NCBI GenBank assembly: GCA_964487355.1
Contig: CAZAPS010000003.1
Span: forward strand, 8,597 to 72,596
Length of the DNA stretch: 64,000 nucleotides
Source: an uncultured Oscillospiraceae bacterium
GTDB lineage: Bacteria > Bacillota > Clostridia > Saccharofermentanales > Fastidiosipilaceae
Direction of reading: 5' to 3'
Below, one piece after another: positions 1-8,107 of the stretch; position 1 is the first letter of the stretch; each line of letters starts with the position of its first letter. The notes beneath the pieces are model-generated. The model did no database searches. It saw nothing but the letters and a program-made list of their open reading frames with translations, and was not told the origin of the DNA. Position numbers and translations under genes: made by a program.

Positions 1-270
1 ATGCTGTATGAAAGCGCGCGCCTGCGCCCTTCTGACGAATTCACCGAAGACCGGTTGCGTGCGATCGCAGAAGACGTCATGAGGTCGGACGCCGGGGAGA
101 TTTTGCGAATCAAAGGGTTTGTCCCCTCCAAAAGCGGTGGCGTGTTCGCGGTCAACTGCACACCCGGAAACGTGTCGATCCAACAGCTGGAAGGGCGCTT
201 CAAGCCTGTGTTGAATATCATCGGACGCAATCTGCCGCGCGGAAAAATCAAGGAAATATTTCAAGCTTAA
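1..270 (+). CDS. 3' end of a CobW/G3E-family GTPase-like gene (C-terminal domain only; start lies left of the window)
   Basis: The ORF runs off the left edge. The tail (ILRIKGFV...NIIGRNLPRGKI) resembles CobW C-terminal domains. A hairpin terminator follows. Confidence 0.4.
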   Translation: MLYESARLRPSDEFTEDRLRAIAEDVMRSDAGEILRIKGFVPSKSGGVFAVNCTPGNVSIQQLEGRFKPVLNIIGRNLPRGKIKEIFQA

Positions 271-297
271 TCCGCCCGATGTCCTGAGCGTTGACCT

Positions 298-348
298 AAA
301 AAAGAGCTGTCTCCTCACACATTTCAGTGTTTTGAGACAGTTCTTTAA
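298..348. terminator. Bidirectional hairpin between convergent genes
   Basis: AGAGCTGTCTC (303-313) pairs with GAGACAGTTCT (334-344). It is flanked by an A-run on the left and a T-run on the right. Confidence 0.5.
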
Positions 349-367
349 ATATGATCTTTAAATCTGA

Positions 368-1564
368 TTATTCACTCAGCAGCGCGGCCGCGATATCTTT
401 CGCCGCGACCAAATCACTTTGCTCCGGCATCCATTGGACGCGCAGGTTCGCGTCGACCACCTTAAAGCCGGCATCCTGTAGCAGGTTCTCGATCGATTTG
501 ACGCTTTCTCCACTCCAACCGTACGATCCGAAAGCCGCCGCCTTTTTGCCTTTAAATTTCAATGTCTTCAGGAAATGCATCCATCCATCAACGCTGGACA
601 ACATGTCGTTGCCCACAGTCGGCGAGCCGACAGCGATCGCTTTGGACGCGAACACATCCGTCATGATCTCGTTTTTATCCTCTTTCGAGATGTTATGCAA
701 CAAGACCACCGTGTCCGGGCTCAGCTCCCTGATTTGCGCGGCGATCTCCTCGGCGATTGTTTTGGTCGCGCCCCACATCGTATCATAGCAGATAGTGATC
801 TGGTCGCGCTGATATTGATCCGCCCATTCCATGTACCGCTCGACGATTTGCAAAGGATTGTCTCGCCAAATCACACCGTGACTCGGAGCGATGATGTCGA
901 TCGGCAATTGCAGAGCGACGATCTCCTCGATTTTTCTCTTAACCAGGCTCGAGAATGGGTTTAAAATATTCGCGTAATATTTCACCGCTTCTTTGTATAG
1001 CAAAGCCTGATCAGCCTTGTCATTATATAATTCATGGCAGGCGAAGTGCTGACCGAACGCGTCATTCGAAAACAGAATGTTGTCTCCGGTCAGATATACC
1101 GCCATGCTGTCCGGCCAATGCAGCATTTTCATCTCAACAAAAATTAATTCCTTGCCGTTACCGATAGCGATTTTGTCACCCGTCTTGACCACCTGAAAAT
1201 TCCAGTCCTGATGGAATTGGCCGCGCAGACTGCTGACCGCGTTCGCCGTGCAGTAGATCGGCACATCGGGAATTTCTTTCATCAACAGCGGCAACGCGCC
1301 TGAATGATCCACTTCTCCATGATTCATCACAATCAGATCGATTGTCTGCAGATCGATTTCCCGCTTGAGATTCTCGACAAAATATTCTTTGTGTTCCGAC
1401 CAGATGGTGTCAACCAGCACAGTCTTCTCTTCTTCGATTAGGTATGAGTTTTGACTGGAGCCATTCATGACACTATAGTCCGAGCCATGAAACTCCTCGA
1501 GTTCCCAGTCGATGTAACCAATCCAAGACACATTGTTTTTCACTTGTTTCTTCATGTTACGCAC
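368..1564 (-). CDS. Flavodiiron protein (FprA-type O2/NO reductase)
   Basis: 398 aa. It has a metallo-beta-lactamase-like diiron motif (NHGEVDHSG) and a C-terminal flavodoxin-like half (AIAVGSPTVGN, AAFGSYGWSGE). SD GAAGGAG lies 8 nt upstream. Confidence 0.85.
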   Translation of the reverse strand: MRNMKKQVKNNVSWIGYIDWELEEFHGSDYSVMNGSSQNSYLIEEEKTVLVDTIWSEHKEYFVENLKREIDLQTIDLIVMNHGEVDHSGALPLLMKEIPDVPIYCTANAVSSLRGQFHQDWNFQVVKTGDKIAIGNGKELIFVEMKMLHWPDSMAVYLTGDNILFSNDAFGQHFACHELYNDKADQALLYKEAVKYYANILNPFSSLVKRKIEEIVALQLPIDIIAPSHGVIWRDNPLQIVERYMEWADQYQRDQITICYDTMWGATKTIAEEIAAQIRELSPDTVVLLHNISKEDKNEIMTDVFASKAIAVGSPTVGNDMLSSVDGWMHFLKTLKFKGKKAAAFGSYGWSGESVKSIENLLQDAGFKVVDANLRVQWMPEQSDLVAAKDIAAALLSE

Positions 1565-1654
1565 TCCTTCTTAAGTTGGCTAACTGTTTATAAAAACGGG
1601 TTGTTTGGATCAACATTCACAATGTCCGCGAAATCAAAATCAGTGTTTCCGGCT

Positions 1655-2401
1655 TCATCCGGTGTTAAATAGGATCTGTGACAGCGCCGCGGGATTCACA
1701 ATTTCAATTTGACCTCTACCGGTCCGGCTCAAGACTTTTTCCGATTGCAATTCACTCAATTTTCGGCTGACGGTCTCTTTGCGAAGATTGGTGCTGGCGG
1801 CCAGATCGTCCAGCGTCAGTGAAATGACCATCTCGTCTGATCGCTCAACGCGACTCAACAAAAAAGCAGCCACACGTTTTTTCGCGTCATTTTCCATTAA
1901 AAGGCTGATGTGCTCATTCGCCCGATAGATTTTATGACTCAGCGAGTCCAACAAAGCGCGCGCGAACACCCAGCGCTCGCTCGCCAGACGGTAGACCTCT
2001 GCTTTTGGGATTAGACAGGTGGAGACGGGGGACAGCGCCACGATGTTGTAATCCAGCTTGTCGCGCCAAAAAAAGTCTTCACCAATGATTTCACCCTCCG
2101 GAAGGATGTCGATGATCCGCTCTCTGCCGGTCGCGTCATGGCGACTGAGCTTCACCTTACCCGCGCGAATAACCAAAACGCCGGCGAGTGGATCACCTTC
2201 TTTGGCAATGATATCCTGAGAAGAGTATTGCTGCTTGATGACCTGTTTCACAATGTCCTGCTGCAGATCCAACGGCATCTTATTAAACAATTCAATTCTT
2301 AGTGTGCAAAGTTGATCACAACAAGACATGACGGCAAACTTTCTAAACACTTCATGATTTGATCGTGTTGATTTGATTATATTCATTATACTGGATTTCA
2401 T
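1655..2401 (-). CDS. Crp/Fnr-family transcription regulator with FNR-like cysteine pattern
   Basis: cNMP-binding beta-roll (GDPLAGVLVIRAGKVKL) plus a C-terminal HTH (RKETVSRKLSELQ). Cys27/28/32 (CCDQLC) and Cys129 (STCLIP) recall E. coli FNR C20/C23/C29/C122 (VCEIP). The true start may be Met25. Confidence 0.8.
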   Translation of the reverse strand: MKSSIMNIIKSTRSNHEVFRKFAVMSCCDQLCTLRIELFNKMPLDLQQDIVKQVIKQQYSSQDIIAKEGDPLAGVLVIRAGKVKLSRHDATGRERIIDILPEGEIIGEDFFWRDKLDYNIVALSPVSTCLIPKAEVYRLASERWVFARALLDSLSHKIYRANEHISLLMENDAKKRVAAFLLSRVERSDEMVISLTLDDLAASTNLRKETVSRKLSELQSEKVLSRTGRGQIEIVNPAALSQILFNTG

Positions 2402-2520
2402 ACCGGATTCCAGAGTTGAATGCTTGTGTCGAAATCAATGCCTCACCCGAATTGTTGAAAGATCGTTAAAAGTAAATAGAACATTGTCCACAAAACAGAC
2501 TCGACTCCACTAATCCTTAC

Positions 2521-2556
2521 AAAAAAAGAGGTGTCTCAAAGAACGAGACGCCTCTT
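2521..2556 (-). terminator. Rho-independent terminator after tRNA-Pro
   Basis: An 11-bp stem (AGAGGTGTCTC / GAGACGCCTCT) is followed on the minus strand by TTTTTTT. Confidence 0.7.
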
Positions 2557-2565
2557 TCATGAACA

Positions 2566-2642
2566 TGGTCGAGGTGACAGGATTTGAACCCGCGGCATCC
2601 TGCTCCCAAAGCAGGCGCGCTAGCCAGCTGCGCTACACCTCG
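2566..2642 (-). tRNA. tRNA-Pro (anticodon UGG)
   Basis: The minus strand reads CGAGGTG TA GCGC..GCGC G CCTGC TTTGGGA GCAGG .. GCGGG TTCAAAT CCTGT CACCTCG A CCA. This is a full cloverleaf of 77 nt with an encoded CCA. Confidence 0.95.
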
Positions 2643-2655
2643 AAATACCAGACAG

Positions 2656-2684
2656 ATTATACCATTGAAAAAACTCCTATGCAA
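2656..2684 (-). promoter_or_regulatory. Sigma-A-type promoter for tRNA-Pro
   Basis: Minus strand reads TTGCAT - 17 nt - TATAAT. The -10 ends about 13 nt before the tRNA 5' end. Confidence 0.6.
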
Positions 2685-2749
2685 ACGCAAAGCTCATTGT
2701 ATTGTGCTAAAGTTTGATAGAATGATTCAGATAGAAAAGGATTGATATT

Positions 2750-3499
2750 ATGCAAAATCTCATAGACGCACATGTGCACACGGTCCTCAGCGGACACGCG
2801 TACAGCACCCTCTTCGAAATGGCGCAGGCCGCCAAAGCCAAAGGCCTGACGCATCTTGCGATCACCGAGCACGGACCGACCATGCCCGGTTCATGCAACG
2901 CGCTATACTTCAGCAATTATAAAACAGTGGAACGCGATTACTTTGGCATCAATCTACTGCTTGGATGCGAAGTGAACATCAATGACAGCCAGGGCACATT
3001 GGACCTACCGGAACGATTGCTTAGTAAACAGGACATCTGTCTGGCCGCTCTCCACGGCCCCACCTTTTTTGATGAATCCGGAATTCAAGCCTGTACCTCG
3101 GCTGTGGTAAAGGCATTGCGTTCGCCCTATATCAATGTGCTGGCCCATCCGGACGACAGTCAATTCCCCTTGGATTACGACACGGTCGTCGCGGCCTGCA
3201 AAGAATACAACGTCATGATCGAACTCAACAACGCCAGCTTCTCTGACTGGAGCTTTCGCGTGAACGCGCGTGAGAACGCCGCCATCTTCCTGGATCTGTG
3301 CAAAAAATATCAGGTACCGGTGATTCTCAACAGCGACGCTCATTTTGAGTCCAAAGTCGGTCGTATCGATTTTGTGTTGGAGTTCGCGCGGCAGATGGAT
3401 TTACCGGACAATCTAATTGTAAATGATAAACCTCAAATGTTTTTGGATATAATCAACGCCAGACGTGAAAGCTGGGGCGAACCACTATCTTTCAAGTGA
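2750..3499 (+). CDS. PHP-domain phosphatase (YcdX-like)
   Basis: 249 aa. The N-terminus AHVHTVLSGHAYSTL...ITEHGP is collinear with E. coli YcdX (HMHTVASTHAYSTL...ITDHGP). Confidence 0.8.
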   Translation: MQNLIDAHVHTVLSGHAYSTLFEMAQAAKAKGLTHLAITEHGPTMPGSCNALYFSNYKTVERDYFGINLLLGCEVNINDSQGTLDLPERLLSKQDICLAALHGPTFFDESGIQACTSAVVKALRSPYINVLAHPDDSQFPLDYDTVVAACKEYNVMIELNNASFSDWSFRVNARENAAIFLDLCKKYQVPVILNSDAHFESKVGRIDFVLEFARQMDLPDNLIVNDKPQMFLDIINARRESWGEPLSFK

Positions 3500-3555
3500 T
3501 CGCTCGACTCAATGGCGCCGATCCGCGTCCGCGCGGATTATAAAGAAAGGTACTC

Positions 3556-4947
3556 ATGAGCAAGAAAACAAAGACAACCGAAACAAAACACGAGCGAGGC
3601 TTCGCGATGGAGCGCTATCGAAAAAGCATCATTCAGTTATTGAGCAAGCTGATTCGTATACCCAGTGTAAAGGGCACACCGGCCAAAAACGCTCCGTTCG
3701 GACGCATTTTACTGGGCACCCTTAAAGTTTTTTTGTCCAACGCCGCAGAACAAGGATTTCGCACCGCCGAACTGGACGGTAAAGTTGGTTACCTCGAATT
3801 TGGTCCGGAAGACGCGCCGTTGATCGCGGCGGTCTGCCACTTGGATGTGGTCCCCCCCGGACATTGGCCGGAGGCGTTCCTGCCCAAGGTCACCGACACA
3901 AAAATCATCGGGCGAGGCTCGGCTGACAACAAAGGGCCGGCGGTGGCTGTTTTCTACGCCCTCAAAGCATTAAAGGACGCCGGCTACCAGCCTAAGTGTA
4001 GGCTCCGCCTAATCTTGGGCCTGGATGAGGAGTCCGGCTCTCAATGCATGGCGCACTATCGCGAACACGCCGAAATTCCGGTCGCAGCTTTCACTCCGGA
4101 CGCCGATTTTCCTGTTATCTCAGCTGAAAAGGGGATCATTGGGTTTAAGATCCATTATGAAGAGCCTGAGATGCCCATGACCGCCGACGGGCTATTTTTA
4201 ACCGCCATGACAGGTGGCACAAAGGAAAATGTGGTGCCGGAACTTTGTCGCTATGATCTGCGTGATCAGTCCGGAAAGCGCTCAGCCCATTCCGTCAGTG
4301 GAAAAGCCGCCCATGCAAGCACACCCGAGGAAGGACAAAACGCGATTTCCACAGCGCTGTGGGAATTGAAGGAACAGCAAATATCAAGTGAATTCATCAA
4401 GTGGTATACGGAAAATATCGGCTTTGAGATAAACGGCAAGTCGCTGGGCATCCAGGTGTCCGATGAGGTCTCAGGCGAACTCACCTTGAATGTCGGCTTG
4501 GTGGAGTTTGACGGCAAGACCTGGACGTTGTCCTGCGACCTGCGCTATCCCGTCACAACCGACGGAACCAAATTTTTGTCCATCATCCAGCAAAGCGCCG
4601 CCACGATCGGCGCCTCCATCAATTTAGGTGAGGTCAGTCACGCCCTGCCCTTAAATTTGCCACATGAACACCCCCTCGTACGCACACTGACCGAGGTCTA
4701 CAATGAGCAGACCGGGTCATCACTTAGTCCAATCGGCATTGGAGGCGGGACATATGCGCGCGCGTTGCCAAACACGGTCGCCTTTGGAGCTGTATTTCCG
4801 GGCGAAACAGTGAATATGCATCAAAATGGTGAGCAGGTGTCGATTGAATCCTTGTTGAAAGCATCGAACATCTACCGTAGCGCATTTCTCAAGCTGGATT
4901 CCGTCTACGGAGCGGCCAAAGAATCAGAGTCCGGCAATCCGGGCTGA
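3556..4947 (+). CDS. M20-family dipeptidase (PepV/Sapep-like)
   Basis: 463 aa. It carries the metal and catalytic motifs CHLDVVPPG and GRGSADNKGP. Confidence 0.8.
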   Translation: MSKKTKTTETKHERGFAMERYRKSIIQLLSKLIRIPSVKGTPAKNAPFGRILLGTLKVFLSNAAEQGFRTAELDGKVGYLEFGPEDAPLIAAVCHLDVVPPGHWPEAFLPKVTDTKIIGRGSADNKGPAVAVFYALKALKDAGYQPKCRLRLILGLDEESGSQCMAHYREHAEIPVAAFTPDADFPVISAEKGIIGFKIHYEEPEMPMTADGLFLTAMTGGTKENVVPELCRYDLRDQSGKRSAHSVSGKAAHASTPEEGQNAISTALWELKEQQISSEFIKWYTENIGFEINGKSLGIQVSDEVSGELTLNVGLVEFDGKTWTLSCDLRYPVTTDGTKFLSIIQQSAATIGASINLGEVSHALPLNLPHEHPLVRTLTEVYNEQTGSSLSPIGIGGGTYARALPNTVAFGAVFPGETVNMHQNGEQVSIESLLKASNIYRSAFLKLDSVYGAAKESESGNPG

Positions 4948-5043
4948 GCGTGCTTATCATTAGTAATTATCTTTGTGAAGAATAATTGCCATTGATTAAT
5001 ATGTGCGGTAGACAAGTTATCAAAACAACAGGTAAAGACGCGC

Positions 5044-5082
5044 ACAATGGGCCTTGAAACAACAAAGATCAAGGCCCATTGT
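5044..5082. terminator. Bidirectional terminator between convergent genes
   Basis: A perfect 14-bp stem (ACAATGGGCCTTGA / TCAAGGCCCATTGT) with an 11-nt loop and T-rich flanks. Confidence 0.7.
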
Positions 5083-5158
5083 TTGTTAATTTCCATATAC
5101 CGTTTTTGTTCAAGTGGGACAAATTCTCATGACATCCTTATGCCTGTCTCCTCATCCG

Positions 5159-6493
5159 TCACGTAAGGGGCCAAGGCCAAATCTCATTGTCTGACAAACT
5201 CCACGGATTGAACCATTCATCGCCTAACGAGATCACGTCATCATCAGCAGCAATCAGCTCATACTCGAAATTTTCGATGGCAATGTATGATTCAAAATTT
5301 CCATTATTCTCATAGGTCCTTTTACTGGTCAGGTTACCGTTTTCATCATAATCGTATATAACGACTACCGACGCTCCTCCCAGAAGGCCAACATTATCAT
5401 CTCGCCCATTACTATGGCGTGTCACCGCGCTGACCCTACCCAGATCATCGTATTCATAATCACGCCAAAAATTAAATTCAACACCGTAGAGAGCCACACT
5501 AATTTTCTCTTGAATCAATAATCCCTCTTCATAAATATATTCACGGATTTCATACTCTTCTTCTAAAGAAGTTGTTTTTCGGACAAGATCGCCCTCCACG
5601 TCATATTCGTATATTCTCTCAATGGTCAGCCAATCAGCATCTACATCAGCTCTCGCATCAGCTCTTCTTGGATAACGCATTATCTCCCTTACAACTCTTT
5701 CTGAATCATCGTATTCATATGTTGTAGTCGTTGCCTGCGAAGTGAGAATGTCATTAGCCAGATCACTAAAGAAAAAATAATGGTAGGATGAGCCTATTAG
5801 TTTACCCGTATCATCGTATTCATATTCATATCGATTGTCTCTTTCTCTTTGATGAGGATCATTTATATAGTTAGAGCAATTGGTCCGAATTCTCCGTCCG
5901 CTCTCATTATAGATATACTCAAAAAACTCCGAAATATCATTATCGGTGTCATATGAAAAACTGACAGCCTGTCCAACAAGAACAAACCGTTCATGAGTCC
6001 CAATCTCATCCGAAGCAGATGTCATACTTGTCGAAGGACTGCTCCTTGTGGGTAAATTATTTATATTTCCTGTCTCGTCCTGCTCGGCGATTAACCGGTC
6101 GAACATCGCAATGATCGTAGGGTTATCCGGCAATCTTTCCAAACCAATTTGCAATACTTCAACGGCTTTATTGATATCACCCAGTTCGAATTCCGCTTCC
6201 GCAAGACCCGTATACCCACGTGGATTCATCGGCTCGACATCAATCACTTCGTTAAAAACAACAGTTGCCTGTTTGTATTTCATATCAAGCAAGTACTTTT
6301 CGCCGTGGTCGAGCAACTCGGTGGTGGACATCCTTTCTATATCTCCAGACGAATTTAAACTGATGCCGATGATGATCCCCAGCGCCACTAAAATAATTCC
6401 CGCGATAGTGGCGGCGACTATAACCAGGCGTTTTTTCGTCTGATTGGGTTGCGGTCCGTTAACAAGTGGAGTTGGCATTATGTTTCCATTCAT
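5159..6493 (-). CDS. Membrane-anchored TPR + YD-repeat protein (function unknown)
   Basis: 444 aa. It has an N-terminal TM helix (LVIVAATIAGIILVALGIIIGI) and a TPR-like segment (KYKQATVVFNEVIDVEPMNPRGYTGLAEAEFELGDINKAVEVL). At least five YD-type repeats follow (YEYDDTGKLIG, YEYDDSERVV, YEYDVEGDLV, YEYDDLGRVS, YDYDENGNLT). Confidence 0.7.
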   Translation of the reverse strand: MNGNIMPTPLVNGPQPNQTKKRLVIVAATIAGIILVALGIIIGISLNSSGDIERMSTTELLDHGEKYLLDMKYKQATVVFNEVIDVEPMNPRGYTGLAEAEFELGDINKAVEVLQIGLERLPDNPTIIAMFDRLIAEQDETGNINNLPTRSSPSTSMTSASDEIGTHERFVLVGQAVSFSYDTDNDISEFFEYIYNESGRRIRTNCSNYINDPHQRERDNRYEYEYDDTGKLIGSSYHYFFFSDLANDILTSQATTTTYEYDDSERVVREIMRYPRRADARADVDADWLTIERIYEYDVEGDLVRKTTSLEEEYEIREYIYEEGLLIQEKISVALYGVEFNFWRDYEYDDLGRVSAVTRHSNGRDDNVGLLGGASVVVIYDYDENGNLTSKRTYENNGNFESYIAIENFEYELIAADDDVISLGDEWFNPWSLSDNEIWPWPLT

Positions 6494-6877
6494 TTAGCGA
6501 TCCGTCCTTTCTTAATCTAAAGAAAAAGCGCAAGCGGTTCGAGGTCTTGTACGTTTTTAAATTCTGTCATTTAATTTGTCTTTTCAGGATTACCTCAAAT
6601 CAGCACCATACAGAGATTCAAAGAATCCACCATAAAGTTACAGTTCTATTTTTTTATCATATCACCCTCCGCAATTAAGCAAAGCTTCTGTTAACTAGTT
6701 TAAAAAGAGACCTGAAATACCTTTGGAACAATCATTTCACCACAAAGCAAGTATCTCCCTAAGGAGGGCAAAGGCTCACAGACGATTTTGCTCAATTTTG
6801 CCCAGGAACCCGGCTCCTATATACTAGAGATATTCTGAAACAAACTCTTAATTGATGAATGTACTTGCGAGGAAATT

Positions 6878-7810
6878 ATGCTTAAGCTAAAGAAACCAAC
6901 AGCCTGTTTATTTTACCCAATCGCCCGGAAGATGGGAGTGAGTGTTCACCGGCTGATTAGCGATAGCGAGGTCCACGCCCGGGCCCTGCTGGAAATCGAA
7001 AGGACCTATCCGGGTGATGCCCTTATCCGTATGACTGAGCTCTGGTCCGAGGCTGCCGGTTGGGGCATGGAGGTCACATTTACCGACAAGGATTTCCCCA
7101 GGCTGGGGGGGCCGCTTTTTGAGGATATTGAAGATTTTGCGGCTGCAGATCTGCCTCCGGTTGTAAATGAAACTACGAGTCCCCTGATTGAGGCGGTGGA
7201 AAAAGCTGTCGGGCAGCTGAACAAACCATTAATAGTCGGTGTTACAGGTCCCTTCACCCTGGCTGGTGTCCTCCTGGGCTCAGAGGAATTGATGTTCAAT
7301 TCGATGACGGAAGCAGACCTGGTTCACGACATTCTCCGCAAGCTAAGCAGTTTTTTGCATGACTATATTCAAACCTATAAACAGGCAGGGGCTGGCGGAG
7401 TCATTCTCTGCGAGCCGTCGGTCGCCATGATTTCACCGACCATGACAGGAGAATTTTCCAATCAGTATATTGAGCCCATCATCCAGCAGCTGCAAGATGA
7501 TAATTTTGCCATTATTTACCATAACTGCGGGGCGATTAATGCTCATTTGGAGGTTATTGCTGAGCTGTCCGCAGAGATCTTTCACTTTGGAAGTGATGTG
7601 GATTTGCTGCGAGCCGGCAAAATTATTGCTACAGATAGGACCATCATGGGCAATATTGACCCCCGTTTATTTCTGCCGGCCAATGACCCTGGTCAGAAAA
7701 TCGCTGAATTTAAGGCCGGTTCGGCAGGGATTGAGAATATTGTTATGTCAACCGGCTGTGACCTGGCCCCCAATTCCCTGTTAGAAAATATTGACTTGTT
7801 TTTTGGGTGA
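6878..7810 (+). CDS. Uroporphyrinogen-decarboxylase (URO-D) family protein, MtaA/MtbA-like methyltransferase type
   Basis: 310 aa with URO-D-like collinearity (VGVTGPFTLAG, ILCEPSVAMISP, IYHNCG, STGCDLAP). SD GAGGAA lies 4-5 nt upstream. An in-frame stop at 6836 prevents extension. Confidence 0.65.
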   Translation: MLKLKKPTACLFYPIARKMGVSVHRLISDSEVHARALLEIERTYPGDALIRMTELWSEAAGWGMEVTFTDKDFPRLGGPLFEDIEDFAAADLPPVVNETTSPLIEAVEKAVGQLNKPLIVGVTGPFTLAGVLLGSEELMFNSMTEADLVHDILRKLSSFLHDYIQTYKQAGAGGVILCEPSVAMISPTMTGEFSNQYIEPIIQQLQDDNFAIIYHNCGAINAHLEVIAELSAEIFHFGSDVDLLRAGKIIATDRTIMGNIDPRLFLPANDPGQKIAEFKAGSAGIENIVMSTGCDLAPNSLLENIDLFFG

Positions 7811-7893
7811 ACAGAACTGAGTCAGAGCATATAGAATAATAATAAAAGATGATAAGTTCACGAGATCAATAGTTGAGTAGATCAATGTAAAGG

Positions 7894-7917
7894 GAGCCAC
7901 TCTTTTTGGGGTGGCTC
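7894..7917 (+). terminator. Weak hairpin terminator after the URO-D-family gene
   Basis: GAGCCAC / GTGGCTC stem with a 10-nt loop and a poor T-tract. Confidence 0.35.
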
Positions 7918-8004
7918 TGATCTTAGCGCCGGGTGGCCCTCAAACAGGGCATCCCCGGACCTTGCGGACTTTCCGCGCAAATTGACGGCATGTCCGTATA
8001 CTAC

Positions 8005-8040
8005 AAAAAACCTGCCGAGTGTGACACCCGGCAGGTTTTA
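8005..8040 (-). terminator. Terminator of the cmk-plsC-ispH/rpsA operon
   Basis: AACCTGCCG / CGGCAGGTT stem, followed on the minus strand by TTTTTT. Confidence 0.7.
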
Positions 8041-8107
8041 AATTGTACGAATTATAAAGATTCAGGCTGCACGGATCGTCAATCGTTCCGCAAGGGACTG
8101 CTCAATA

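Noticed and set aside
1600-1621. FNR/CRP-type half sites (minus strand TGTGA ... TTGATccaaACAAC) upstream of the flavodiiron gene
   Set aside because: Only one arm matches each consensus. The element is centred about 26 nt from the likely start, not at -41.5. TTGATC is more simply the -35 of a sigma-A promoter.
6700-6877. Possible cobalamin riboswitch upstream of the URO-D/MtaA-like gene (GCCCAGGAACCCGGCTCC loosely resembles a B12 box)
   Set aside because: The other conserved cobalamin-riboswitch elements (the GGGAA..GGTG..AA..CC core, GCCACTG) are not present. The resemblance is confined to a few bases.
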